DNA from: Entomortierella parvispora E1425
Lineage: Eukaryota > Fungi > Mortierellomycota
Assembly (NCBI GenBank): GCA_020891255.1
Contig: BQFW01000011.1
Location: 1,178,001-1,242,000 of the forward strand
Direction of reading: 5' to 3'
DNA: 64,000 nt
A program made the translations under genes and the position numbers. Below are positions 39,291 through 51,522 of this stretch, piece after piece. Under the pieces are notes generated by a model, which searched no databases, was not told where the DNA came from, and saw only the letters and a list, made by a program, of their open reading frames with translations. How positions within the stretch are numbered: the stretch's first letter is position 1; the number at the start of each line of letters is the position of its first letter.

Positions 39291-40916
39291 AACCCTTCTT
39301 AGCAAAGAGCCGCGCAACGGTACAATATGAATTCCTTCTGTAGGGGAAAAAAAATGGCGGGTCGACGAAAGGAAAGATGGATGCAGGGGATAAAGGTCAA
39401 CGTTGGGTCATGCGCAAGGACCCTTGCATATCGCTCGCCGCTTACAATCTCGCTTCTCGCGTGCGTTATGTTTGTGCGAGCATGCAGCCCGTTTGCCTTT
39501 GGTGTGTGTTTTGTTGTGGAGAAATGGACAAAGAGCAAACAGATCGCGCGCCGTTCTCGGCCTTCTTTGGGTCTGTCGTGGCTAGAGTTCGCCGATCGCG
39601 TTCTTTGCTTTTCATTTGTAGACAAGGCAAAGGATGGGGACGGTATCTTTGTCCCAAGTTGTGGCGAGCGGCGCAACGGCCGAAACGACTCTTTGTGTAA
39701 CCGCGCAGCTCAAAGCAGGAATCTCCCTCTTTTCCCCCTGTAGCAAACGACGCAGGGCCAAAATGAAAACGAACGCCATGGAATACTCTTTTCCAAGTAG
39801 GCGCAGTGGTCTATCGACACAGGAAAATTTTTGGGGAGAAGAAAGGGGATGCCTTCAGATGAACATGCGGCTAGATCTTACGAAATCGAGACTCGAGCCA
39901 ACCAAAAAAGATCGATCGAGACCGGCCGTAAGGCTATTTGTCCAAAGTGGCTGATAGTTTGCCTGGTGATGACCGGGGAGAAAAGTATTGTAGTCGCAGT
40001 CTACCAAGTAAAGGAGAGGAGGGAAACCCTATTATCACAAGGTGCTGGTAACTGTAGCAGTCTCTGCTGGTGCCGCAGAAACTGCGGCCAGTGTAACAAA
40101 ACCTGTTCTTTTTGTGCTTCTAGGCGCTAGAGGTACAAAGGGTGGAAGCTTCGATTTGAAATCGGGAGGAGTTCAGAGATGGATAACAGGAACAGGGCAA
40201 GAAAAATGGATACGCCCGACCCAGGGGCAAAAAAAGGCGAATGGAAGTTGCCGATGTATGGATCGCACCTTCGAGCGTTTCGTGTCATATGACAAGGTTG
40301 CCGCCATCGGCCACACGCCATTGGCGCGCTCTCGATGTGACTGGCGGCGCTTGCAAGGGAAGGGTTGAACCTTCTGTTCCTTACAGTGCTCAAGCACTGT
40401 CCAATGTCCGAAGAGCAAAATCTCCCCTGGCACTATTCTCCTCCACAAGAGGGTCGGAGAGCAACAAACACCGATGTGCGGTCTCCGTGGATGCGGGTGG
40501 GGAGGGGGACAAGGTGGACATAGTCATAGTTTTATTTTAGTTTCTGAATAAACGTATTGCCGACCAGAAAGAGTCATGACCCACCTTGCTCGCCACACCG
40601 TCCAATGCACACGGCACGCTATCAGAATACATCCCGCCTTTGGTCCACTCGCTCTCTGCCCGTTGTTTGTCGACGTCTTGCATGCAACACTAGCTTGATC
40701 GTGTATAAAAGGTGAACGGCACCCCAGCCCATCCTGTCCTGATCTTTCCCTTGTTTTTTTTACTGTCAGTTTCCTTGTGCCTCTCTTTGTTCTCTTTTTC
40801 CTCTCAATTTTTCCGTCCTCACTCAAACACCCCCCTGCATTGTGCGTCCCCCCCCCCCCCAGCATCCAGCCCTATAATTTCCCCCCATCGCACTCACCAC
40901 AAAAGCACAAACAGTC

Positions 40917-42889
40917 ATGGCCAGCAAGGTCCCAGCAGAGTACGCCTCAGAAAAGATCGACGAGGTCGATGCCGAGGGTGCTTACAACAACCATACCGCA
41001 GAGCTCGACCCTGTCGCCGTTGGCAAGCTTAGACGCAAGATTGATCTTCACCTGATCCCTCTGATCTCTGTCCTCTACCTTTGTTCTTTCTTGGACCGTG
41101 TCAATAGTGAGTTTCTTTGCCATGCCAAGTTGCTCCAGAGAGAAGGAATAATTTTGCACTTCATACTAATGATACCTGTTTGCCCTGAATCAGTTGGAAA
41201 TGCAAAGGTCGCTGGTCTCGCCTCGGACATCGTTCTCACTGCCAATGAATACAACTGGGCCTTGTCCATCTTCTTCATCGGGTATGTAGTGCTTTTGACA
41301 GACTATCAGCTCTGCATTAATCGGCCGCTGACGCTTCAAAAAAGAGTCATCACCAGCTTCGTGGCTAACTCTTTACTGTCTCCATTTCCAGATATGTCAT
41401 TTTTGAGATTCCTTCAAACATCCTTCTGAAGAAGATTGGACCAAGGAAGTGGATTACCATCATCATGATCTTCTGTATGTTTTCTCTCTATGCTGTTTTT
41501 AGCTCTGATTTTACGAGCACAAGGGACGTGAAAGAAGAAGAAAAATGAAGGATGACTAACGGTGTCCTTCTGTTCATTAGGGGGAACCATTATGATGTCC
41601 ATGGCTGCCGTAACGAATGCGGCCGGTTTGCTCGCAGCTCGTTTCTTCCTTGGTTTGACGGAATCTGGACTTTTCCCAGGATCCGTCTATTTGATCTCGC
41701 TCTGGTACACTCGTAGCGAACAGGCCCTCCGCAATGGATTGTTCTTCAGTACTGCGACAATGGCTGGCGCTTTTGGCGGTGTCTTGGCATACGGTATTGC
41801 TCAGATGGAGGGCGTCCGAGGACTTCATGGATGGCAGTGGATCTTCATCTTGGAAGGTCTTCCTACTGTTCTGTTGACGATTGTGGTCTTCTTCTACTTG
41901 CCCGATTTTCCCGCGACCGCTCCTTTCTTGAACCAGGAGGAGAAGGAATTGGCAGATCGTCGTTTGGTCATTGATGCCGGTCCGGCCACCCAGACCGAGT
42001 TCTCCTGGAAGCAGTTCCGAAGCGTGTTTGTCGACTGGAAAGTGTACATGCACATGATCACATATATCCTCAGCGCCACACCCTTGTACTCGCTCTCGTT
42101 GTTCTTGCCGTCAATTGTCCAAGGATTCAACTTCAGGTATGTGCTCCGTTGTTCCAATTGATCGACCGATAGAACTGTCTGGAGGATGAGTCCCCCTATC
42201 TGACCTCTATACACTTTTTTGGTTTCTTTTAGCCCTCTTACTACCCAGGCCATGACTGCCCCTGCCTACGTGATTGCTTGCCTTTTCACCATTCTCTGCG
42301 CCTTCAGGTAAGAAACCAGCAGAGGAAAAGGAGAGCGAACTTTGTCTTCACAGATCCACTGTCCCGCAGATGTCCTAACCCAAAACCATTATTACCCCTC
42401 CTCTCCAGCTCGGATCGCTTCCGCGAGCGCGGTATCCACTACGCCTTCCCAACTGTTATCGGCTGTCTCGGCTACATTCTGTTGATTGTCACTAAGGATT
42501 CGCATGTTGTGAACCGCTATGTCAGTCTGACCGTCGCCGCCAGTGGTGTCTTTGCTGCCGTTCCTCCCATGTTGTCCTGGTTCACCACTAACATTGGAGG
42601 TCACACCAAGCGCGGTGTTGCCACGGCTGCCATCATCTCGTTCGGAAACATTGGAGGTGCCATTGGTGGTCAGATTTACCGCGCCTCCGATGCTGCTGAT
42701 GGATACGTCCGTGGACACACTATCTGCGCCGTCATGATGGGTCTCAGCGCGGTCTTGGTTATGATCATGAAGTATGGCTTGATCCGTGAGAACAGGCGTA
42801 GAGATAACCTGACGCCTGAGGAGTTTGCCCGTGAGGCTGAGGGCGATGAGCTTTGCGATCACCACCCTGGTTTCCGTTACTACTCGTAA
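40917..42889 (+). CDS. MFS permease, anion:cation symporter (Dal5/Tna1-type), copy 1
   Basis: Six exons. LRRKIDLHLIPLISVLYLCSFLDRVNIGNAKVAGL, FEIPSN, RFFLGLTESGLFPG, WYTRSEQALR, GWQWIFILEGLPT, SDRFRERG, GHTKR, RENRRRD, DHHPGFRY. Confidence 0.92.
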
Positions 42890-43109
42890 AAGGACTCGCG
42901 AAGGAGAGACAGCCCGACCTTTAAATCACCCCCCCCCCCTCCACTCGCGCGCTGTCGTTATCATATTTGTACATATTATCTAGTCCCCTAATAATAACAA
43001 CCTCCCCCCTCCAGCCAAGTGTCTTTTTCAACATTCATTGTTTATTTCAGCTGAGAAAAGAGTGTAGAGTGAGGACTGAGTTTCCTCCTGTCGCAATGTG
43101 GTAGATGGA

Positions 43110-45412
43110 CTAGATCCAGAATCGGAAATCGGGATGCTTGTCCGTCAGATCACACCCGTGGCGTTCTTCTTCATAGTCTATGGTGGAAAGATCATCCCGG
43201 CGGCTGTTCTCGCGCTTGAGAAGGTACTTGAGCGCCAGAGAATTGAAAATGTTGGCAAACAAAAAACAGGCGCTGATTGTGTGTCCTCGGGTGTATTTGG
43301 GAGCTAGAGTCAAAGAAAGAAATGTCAATCCAAACAGCTTTTTTTTTTTTTTTTTTTTTTGGTTCCTGCTCTAAATTTGAAAACAACGCTCTTCCGCCTA
43401 CCATCGTCTTCACGGTAGATTTGCCCGCCTAGGATGCTGCCCAGTTGGGCCAAGGAAATGATGGCCGCAAGGGCTACGCCTTTTTTAGTGGCGCCGCCAA
43501 TGTTGTTACTAGGCCAGCTCAACTGGATCGGAATCGCAGAGTAGACACCCATGGCGCAAATCATGAGACTGATATACCGAGCTCCTAGGCTAGAATTTCG
43601 CGTCACGATCAGGAGGACATATCCCAGGCATGCCATAGCCTCTGCAAAGGCTGCATGGTATCCCCGCTCCGAGAAATGGTCAGAGGACCAAGCCATAGAG
43701 AGGGTCGCTAAACATGCAGCTATGTAAATGGGGGCGGTTGCCAATTGAGTGGTGACTGGGCTAAACGAAACACAGCAAGAAAAAAAAACAGTGCCAGTTA
43801 GCTGCAGTGTACCTCGATATTTAAAGGAGAAAGGACAATGCAGGGACAACAGGTACTTACTCAAACCCGAATCCAAGCGTGATGGCAGGCACAAACACTC
43901 CCAAAGACGAAAATGGAACTGCATGCATGAACCCAATAAAGATGTAATGATAAACTTTCCAATCCGTGAACGCCGAACCAACCTCTCCCCATGAAAAGGC
44001 AGACTCTGTTGCCGGTCCGGCATCGATTCGAAGACGTTGGATAACCAATGCTGTCTCGGCTGGTGTCAAGAAGTTGGAGTTTTCTGGGAAATCCGGTAGG
44101 AACCATAGGGCGAGAAAGCAGCCGAGGATAGTGGGCAACCCCTCGAGAATAAAAATCCATTGCCATGCATGCAAACCTTGGACGCTATTCAAATTCTCGA
44201 TCGCGTAAGCGAGTAAACCTCCGAAGGCTCCTGCCACTGTCGCGGAAGAAAAGAAGATGCCGATACGGATTGCTTGCTCACGCCTGCTGTACCAAAGTGA
44301 GATGATCTAAGTGGAAGCGGTTAGTTTTAAAAATAGGGATCGCTTAGTGGTTTACTCTCCCTCTATCCCGATAATGAGAGAGGAGTGTTCTTCTCATGAT
44401 CCTGCAAAGCATTGGAGCTTACATATGATGGTCCTGGAGCATAGCCCTGGTTGTTTTGATGTCGTCGTACGCAAGAAGCAAAGGGTTAGTTGCTCCGCAG
44501 CAACTTGTTTGTCTTTTGTGACCAAAACACATCGTGCTGTGCACGCATCCTTTTCTTTAGACGTACCGATTCTGCTAATCCCAAAAACAAGCGTGTGGCC
44601 AACAATCCAGCTCCATTGGTAACAGCTGCCATTGACATTGATACGCCCGCCCAACTCAACATCACTAGAGGAATCCAGCGCCTTGGTCCAAATCTCTTGA
44701 GCTATGTAGTCTGGAATTAGCTATTGTGTCTGTCGGTGAAAACAAAGACGGTTCCTGTAGATGCATTGGATATAGCCCCTACCGCAAGATTGGCAGGGAT
44801 CTCACCTGCAGGGTGGTGGAACGGAGCATTGTATAGCAGTTAGTACTCTTGAAGGCACTCCTTGGGCGTAGAAGCACTTGACAGACGTTTGCTTTTTTAC
44901 CCACGATGTAACCGACGTAAAAGATGGACAACGACAGGTTGTAGATTCCTGGCTCTAGTTTCAGATCTTGTCCTAGGTTGGCGATCTTTGCATTACCAAT
45001 ACTGAAAGGGTTGCCGTGTCAACAGAGAACATGTCAGGGGCATCGCCTCAAAAGGATGAGATGTTTTTTGGACTTTGAGATTGATGGGTACTTACTTGAC
45101 TCTGTCCAAGAAGGAGCAAAGGTAGAGCAAACTCAACAAGGGAATCAATCTCCTATCAACCTTCCATCGTACACGCCGAACGGCCTCCGAATTAGGATCA
45201 AAGTTGTTGTCGTCCTCGGTGTGGCAAACGGTCAACTTCTGCAGGGTCAAGTTTTGATCTCGGGTACGTTCTTTGAGCTGTAGATCCGTCATGGTCTCAT
45301 CATCCATGGTCGTGCGTCCATCAAAGGAAAGAGCATGTCTATGGCCGCCATTATCGTCGGTTGGTGATATTGAATGAAGATGATCGTGTGTGGCCGGCGT
45401 TCCTGCTGACAT
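43110..45412 (-). CDS. MFS permease, Dal5/Tna1-type, copy 2
   Basis: Multi-exon, including ~23-24 nt micro-exons (GEIPANLA; GYAPGPSY). VRWKVDRRLIPLLSLLYLCSFLDRVNIGNAKIANL, WYSRREQAIR, AWQWIFILEGLPT, SDHFSERG, DKHPDFRF. Confidence 0.88.
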
Positions 45413-45670
45413 TGCTTTCGAGTTTTTAGGTCAGGAAGAAGAAAGGGTGGTGAAGGAGTAATAAAGGAATAAGGAAAAAGGCTCAAGAGCAAATGATGAC
45501 ACATAAGCCTGAAAATGGTCTGAACTTGTCCCCCTCCAACTATAACCGACTCCTTGGGATGCAAGGGGATCCCAAGATCTTGCTACGACCTCCGTGAGGC
45601 TAATGGCACTTCCAGGAGGGCTTTCGACTAGAGCATTTATTTCCAGGCTTGAAAGGAAATAAAGGAAGCG

Positions 45671-45678
45671 GTCACGTG
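45671..45678 (+). promoter_or_regulatory. GTCACGTG E-box (Cbf1/USF-type bHLH site) in the divergent MFS2/MFS3 promoter
   Basis: Exact octamer, 259 bp from the MFS2 ATG and 212 bp from the MFS3 ATG. Function is inferred only. Confidence 0.4.
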
Positions 45679-45889
45679 GACTTTTTTGGCTGGTGTAATA
45701 CCGGGGATTGACCTTCGATTTTTTTTTTTTCTCTTTTTTTGATCTTTATCTCTTCCCCGCTCGACTGACCGACTCACTCTGATTCAACTGGCTCCGCTGG
45801 ACAACAACAAGATCCCGTCCCCTACACCGACCACCCAACCCAATATACCCATCGGAAGGCGATAAGATACATCTCAAGGACTTTACATA

Positions 45890-47755
45890 ATGGAGAAACA
45901 GACAGGACAGGTCATCAGTGACGATGATAACACATTGTCAGAGAGCAAATACAGACAAGATCTGGACGACTTTCACCCAGACCCAGCGCAGATTGCGCAG
46001 TTGAGGCGAAAGATTGACTGGAGGCTGTTGCCCCTACTCTCCTTGATGTACCTTCTGTCCTTCCTCGATCGAGTCAACAGTAAGTAGGCGTCTCTGTAAA
46101 TGAGAGATACGATCTGCTGTGTTGTCCTTTTGACTCGAGTTGATCAATGACAAATTGTCCCTCACTTTTCTTCTTCTAGTCGGCAATGCAAAGGTCGCAG
46201 GATTGGAAGAGGATCTGGGGTTGACTCCAAGCCAGTACAGCTGGGTACTCTCTATTTTCTTTATCGGGTAAGGCAAAGAGAGCAAAGCACGACGAAGAGT
46301 GCATGACAAACCCCCTAACGACGTGGTGCCGTGTTCTCCCAATCTTGCACTTATCAGATATATCATTGCCGAAACACCCTCTCAGTTACTGGTAAGAAGA
46401 AGAACGACAAGAGTTCCTTTTGAGCAGCAGTCTTGTCCTTGGAGGGGTCAACCGTATCGAGCGCAGCGGATTATTAACACCGCTTGATTCATCTTAAACC
46501 GTCTCGTTTTTTTTTATAGCTGAAGAAAGTCGGCCCTCGAAGATGGTTGTCACTTTGTCTTTTTGTTTGGGGCTCCTTGACCATGCTGATGGCTGCTTGC
46601 AACTCTGCCTCTAGTCTGTACGCGACTCGATTCTTCCTCGGCATATTCGAAGCTGTAAGTCAAGCACATGGAACATGGAATGTCGATATAGTGGACCGTA
46701 ATTAACACAATTATTTTTTGGTAATCCGTCACTCGCCATAGGCTCTCTTTCCTGGTGCTGTCTTTGTCATTTCACTTTTTTATTCTCGAGGAGAGCAAGC
46801 ATTGAGGAATGGACTTTTCTTCAGTACAGCAACCATGGCAGGAGCATTTGGCGGTGTCTTGGCTTACGGAATCGCTCATATGGATGGCGTTCGCGGTTTG
46901 CGTGGATGGCAATGGATCTTTATCCTGGAAGGTCTGCCTACAGTCCTTCTCTGTTTTGTCTCTTTCGTCTTCATGCCGGATTACCCTGGAACGGCCTACT
47001 TCTTGACCGAGGATGAAAGGGATCTCGCTGTCAAGCGACTCTTGAAGGACGCTGGACCAGCTACAGAGACCTCATTTTCATGGAAGCAGTTCAGGGATGT
47101 GTTTCGCGACTGGAAGACCTACTTGCACATGTTCCCGTACATTTTGACCATGACGCCACTTTACTCGCTGGCGCTATTCATGCCTACGCTCGTTAAGGAG
47201 TTTTCGTTCGACGCTCTGACCTCACAGCTGATGACGGCCCCTGCCTATGCTGTTGCTTGTCTTTGTACAGTCATTGTCGCTCTCTCCTCTGATCGGTTCC
47301 GGGAACGTGGACTTCACTACGCCTTGCCAACACTGTTGGCGATCGTGGGATACATTCTGTTGATTGTGCTGGAGCACCACTCGACCGCTTCCCGGTATGT
47401 GGGCCTCACCATCACCACCAGTGGTGTCTTCTCGGCAGTTCCAGCCATGGTCTCCTGGATCTCTTCCAACTTTGGTGGACACACAAAACGCGCGGTTGCT
47501 ACAGGACTCATCATCTCGTTTGGAAACTGTGGTGGACTGATCAGTGGTCATATCTACACGGACGGCAGGACGAGACGGGGTCATATCATCTCCCTGATCA
47601 TGCTCTGTGTATCCTTTTGCCTAATCCTGCTCCTCAAGTTCCTGTATATCCGGGAGAACAAGAGGAGAGAGAACCTCTCTGCTGAAGAATATGACAAGGA
47701 GGCCAGTCGTCCAGAACCCTGCGACAACCATCCATCCTGGGTTTACATTTCCTAG
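45890..47755 (+). CDS. MFS permease, Dal5/Tna1-type, copy 3
   Basis: Five exons. LRRKIDWRLLPLLSLMYLLSFLDRVNIGNAKVAGL, AETPSQLL, RFFLGIFEAALFPG, GWQWIFILEGLPT, SDRFRERG, GHTKR, DNHPSWVY. Confidence 0.92.
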
Positions 47756-48080
47756 AATACTTTAAACTTGATAGACTATTATAAATAAGTTTATAATAAA
47801 TAAAAAAAATAAAAAAAAGCAGTCGTGATAGATCATGCGCTCATCATAGATCAAGCAAAGATGTGGTGATGGCAAAGATCATGCAGTCGACAGATGTAGA
47901 CTTGCCTGCACAGCACCAAGGGTCAGACTCAGCGACGCCAACACCGAGGTAAGCACTCGAACACGATGGATGACTTGAGATAAACTGAATAAAAAAAAAT
48001 GCATTTATTTCAAAAGAGTTGCGACAAAACAACCTGCAAGAGGTGTATTTTTTTCATGTTGACAAAAGTAAATGGGGAAT

Positions 48081-49463
48081 TTACTTCTTGGCACCAGCCT
48101 TGGCAGCAGACTTGGTGACCTTGCCACCCTTTCCATCGGTCTTCTCGACGGACTTGATGACACCGACAGCGACGGTCTGACGCATGTCACGGACGGCGAA
48201 ACGTCCGAGAGGGGGGTACTCCTGGAAGGACTCAACGCAGAGGGGCTTGGAGGGGATCATCTTGACGATGGCAGCATCACCAGACTTGATGAACTTGGGG
48301 AACTCCTCCATGGCCTTACCGGTACGGCGATCGATCTTCTCGAGAATCTCACCGAACTTGCAGGCAATGTGAGCGGTGTGGCAATCGAGGACGGGAGCGT
48401 ATCCGTTGGAGATCTGACCAGGGTGGTTCAAGACAATAACCTGGGCGTTGAAGGAAGCAGCCTCCTTGGCGGGGTCGTTCTTGGAGTCAGAGCAGACGTT
48501 ACCACGGCGAATATCCTTGACGGAGACGTTCTTGACGTTGAATCCGACGTTGTCACCGGGAATACCCTCAGTGAGGACTTCGTGATGCATCTCGACGGAC
48601 TTGACCTCAGTGGTGACACCAGCGGGGGCGAAGGTGACGACCATACCGGCCTTGATGATACCGGTCTCGACACGACCGACGGGAACTGTTCCGATACCAC
48701 CGATCTTGTAGACATCCTGGAGGGGAAGACGAAGGGGCTTCTCGGTGGGGCGCGATGGGGGCTCGATGGCATCGATGGCCTCCAAAAGGGTCTTACCCTT
48801 GAAGGAACCGGTCTTGGTCTCCTTGGTCCATCCCTTGAACCAGGGCATGTTGGTGGACTCCTCCAACATGTTGTCTCCGTGCCATCCGGAGATGGGGACG
48901 AAAGCAACGGACTTGGGGTTGTAACCGACCTTCTTGACGAAGGTGGAGACCTCCTTGATGATCTCCTCGAAACGGTCCTGGGACCACTTGGTGGTGTCCA
49001 TCTTGTTGACGGCGACGATCAACTGCTTGACACCGAGGGTGAAAGCGAGAAGAGCGTGCTCACGGGTCTGACCATCCTTGGAGATACCAGCCTCGAACTC
49101 ACCAGTACCACCGGCAATAATGAGAATGGCGCAATCAGCCTGGGAGGTACCAGTGATCATGTTCTTGATGAAATCACGATGTCCGGGGGCATCAATGACG
49201 GTAACGTAGTACTTGGGGGTCTCGAACTTCCAGAGGGCAATGTCGATGGTAATACCACGCTCACGCTCGGCCTTGAGCTTGTCAAGAACCCAGGCGTACT
49301 TGAAGGAACCCTTTCCGAGCTCAGCAGCCTCCTTCTCGAACTTCTCGATGGTACGCTTATCGATACCGCCGCACTTGTAGATCAAGTGACCGGTGGTGGT
49401 GGACTTGCCAGAATCGACGTGTCCGATGACGACGACGTTAACGTGAAGCTTCTCTTTTCCCAT
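48081..49463 (-). CDS. TEF1: Translation elongation factor 1-alpha
   Basis: Uninterrupted 460-aa [77 protein letters not shown], with strong C/G-ending codon bias. Confidence 0.99.
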   Translation of the reverse strand: MGKEKLHVNVVVIGHVDSGKSTTTGHLIYKCGGIDKRTIEKFEKEAAELGKGSFKYAWVLDKLKAERERGITIDIALWKFETPKYYVTVIDAPGHRDFIKNMITGTSQADCAILIIAGGTGEFEAGISKDGQTREHALLAFTLGVKQLIVAVNKMDTTKWSQDRFEEIIKEVSTFVKKVGYNPKSVAFVPISGWHGDNMLEESTNMPWFKGWTKETKTGSFKGKTLLEAIDAIEPPSRPTEKPLRLPLQDVYKIGGIGTVPVGRVETGIIKAGMVVTFAPAGVTTEVKSVEMHHEVLTEGIPGDNVGFNVKNVSVKDIRRGNVCSDSKNDPAKEAASFNAQVIVLNHPGQISNGYAPVLDCHTAHIACKFGEILEKIDRRTGKAMEEFPKFIKSGDAAIVKMIPSKPLCVESFQEYPPLGRFAVRDMRQTVAVGVIKSVEKTDGKGGKVTKSAAKAGAKK

Positions 49464-49953
49464 CTAGAGGCACGAAAAAAAAAGAAACAGAAAAGACTGT
49501 TAGTTTCTGATGCTCACTCCTGTGGTTTGCGTCATGCACGCGGCGGAACAGAGCGTGGGTAAAAAGACAAGGGAGCGAACAGGGGGAGAGGGGACAAGTG
49601 CAGCCAAGGAGTCAACCCAAGGCAAAGGAGCAGTTGGTTCATTCACTTTACTGTTCTTTTGGGCAAAAGAACAAGCAAGAGTCTAAAGAAAGAGCCTTTG
49701 GACCGAAAGGAAGAAGGACTCGGGCAGGACGACGAAGAGACAACAAAAAAAGTTGAAATCCAACAAGGGTGGCGAGCGTAGCAAACAAGAAGATGCGATG
49801 GGCGATACAAAGATGCAAACAAGGACAGGGCGATAGAGAAGGATGGATGGATGGATGGATAGAGAGGGATGGATGGCTGTCGCCAGGGATGGAACCCAGG
49901 CAGATTTTTTCCACTTTTGTTATGATTTGTCTCTCCAGCGGGCGGCAACTTAC
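49464..49953 (-). other. 5'-UTR intron of TEF1 ending directly before the ATG
   Basis: Minus-strand donor GTAAGT at 49953, branch CTAAC at ~49499-49503, pyrimidine tract, and CTAG immediately followed by the start ATG at 49463. Confidence 0.7.
49841..49860. repeat. (GGAT)5 microsatellite
   Basis: Seen directly inside the TEF1 leader intron. Confidence 0.9.
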
Positions 49954-50166
49954 TTTGGTGTGTGTGTAAAGTGAGAGGGTGGAAGAAGCAACGCAGTTTG
50001 TGGGCGGCCCTCTTAAATACTCGCAGTGACTGCCGCAGGCTCGTTGGGGTCTGATTGGCACAGCAACCAATCACACGCCGCAGCCGGCCGTGGCTTCTGT
50101 CGCCCCCTTCCTCCGTTCAGTCGGAGCTCGAGAAAGGGGGTCAAAAGGACTTTTTTAGTTCACCAA

Positions 50167-50193
50167 CAGGCGGAACAGGCGGAACAGGCGGAA
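50167..50193. repeat. (CAGGCGGAA)3 direct repeat in the TEF1 upstream region
   Basis: Three perfect 9-bp units; a related GGCGGAACAG lies at 49542-49551. Confidence 0.85.
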
Positions 50194-51522
50194 ACATAAA
50201 CAAAACAGAGAAAGAAAAAAAAAAAAAAAAATATCGGTAATACCCAAAACAAAACAAGCCTTGCCTTTGTCTGCCTGCTGCTGCTTGCTGTTGTCTGTGT
50301 TGTCTGCTTGCTCGGTCATTCTCTTCTCCTTGAACTCTCCCTGCTCCCTCCCAGAAGGGATTGGAGCAGAAAGAAAAAAAAAATACCTCTCGGAAATCCG
50401 GTCCGTTTGTAGAGTACACTGTCGACAGCGTGTAGATGGAGGGCTGCCTTGTTTATTATTCCTCTCCTGGACCAAGCAACAGCAGCAGCAGCTCCGTGAT
50501 ATCTGCTTTGCCCTCTGACTCACCATTCCAGTCCAGCGCTTGGACTGCGGCTACACTTGGAATAGCGTTATCCACCATTGGAATCCTGTAAGGGGAAAAA
50601 GACGCGTATTTTCGAGGCCACCTGCCGCCTTGGAGCTGCTCCAGAGGGTCCAAAACGCGGCAAGAGAACGAATGAATGGATCACCTCTGGAAGAACCCTA
50701 GTCTATAGTCCGGTGGCTAAGCTGACTGCCATTCACTTGTCAGCCTGCATCCCTGAGAATGGTGCCCAAATGAGCCAGAGTGGATCCTTGCGAGCGAGAG
50801 GCAAAAGTTTTCCCACGACGAGACCCTGGTTGGATGCCAGTCGGCCAGTCGGCCAGTCTGCCCGTCCAGCGATTCAAGGTTTTTTTTTTTGCATCTGGTG
50901 CTTGTTTCTGTCGGAGAAAACGAGGCCAGTGGGAGCAGGAAGACTGAGAATCAACTTGCACCGATGCAGAGCGATGGTGTTTGGTTGCTGCTGACCTGAC
51001 TGACCAGAGAGCAATTGTCCGTCCAGCCCAGCCCCCCTGGCTCTTGCCCGTTGTCCGTTGACGACACGACATGCGTCGTCAGCAAGAGAGCAGCCTCGCC
51101 CTCCCTCTCTCGTGGTTGATGCCCCAAACACGCGCAGGGGTCACGTCCTTGCTGTTTGCTCGTGCCACCGCGTCCTTCCCTCCCTTTTTTTTGTCTTCTT
51201 TCCTGAATGTTGATGCCATGGGTGAGTATCCAATGTCGATGCATGTTGTGTACATGTGTACATGTGTGCGTGTGCGCTGGCTGACAGGCCTGACCTGACC
51301 TGACCAGGAGCGTTGCTCCCTGAATTCACCAGTGCGCGTGTCCCCTTGAGCACATTCAGATTGTCATGCAGCTCTTTGCCGGAAAAAAGCCCCTTCCCCT
51401 CTACCGACTGTTTACGCGACTGAGCTCGAGCGGTTCTTTTCTTCCTTCAGTTCCATTCACACACTCACGGCCATTCCTCTTTTCACTCTGCACCTCTCCC
51501 TTCCCCTTCAGACCGCAGGATA

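Noticed and set aside
47609-47617. GTATCCTTT, a perfect U12-type donor
   Set aside because: It lies in MFS3 coding sequence that aligns without a gap to its paralogs, and no U12 branch site follows.
48072-49562. 496-aa plus-strand ORF
   Set aside because: It is the antisense shadow of TEF1; strong C/G third-position bias removes stops on the opposite strand, and no domain is recognisable.
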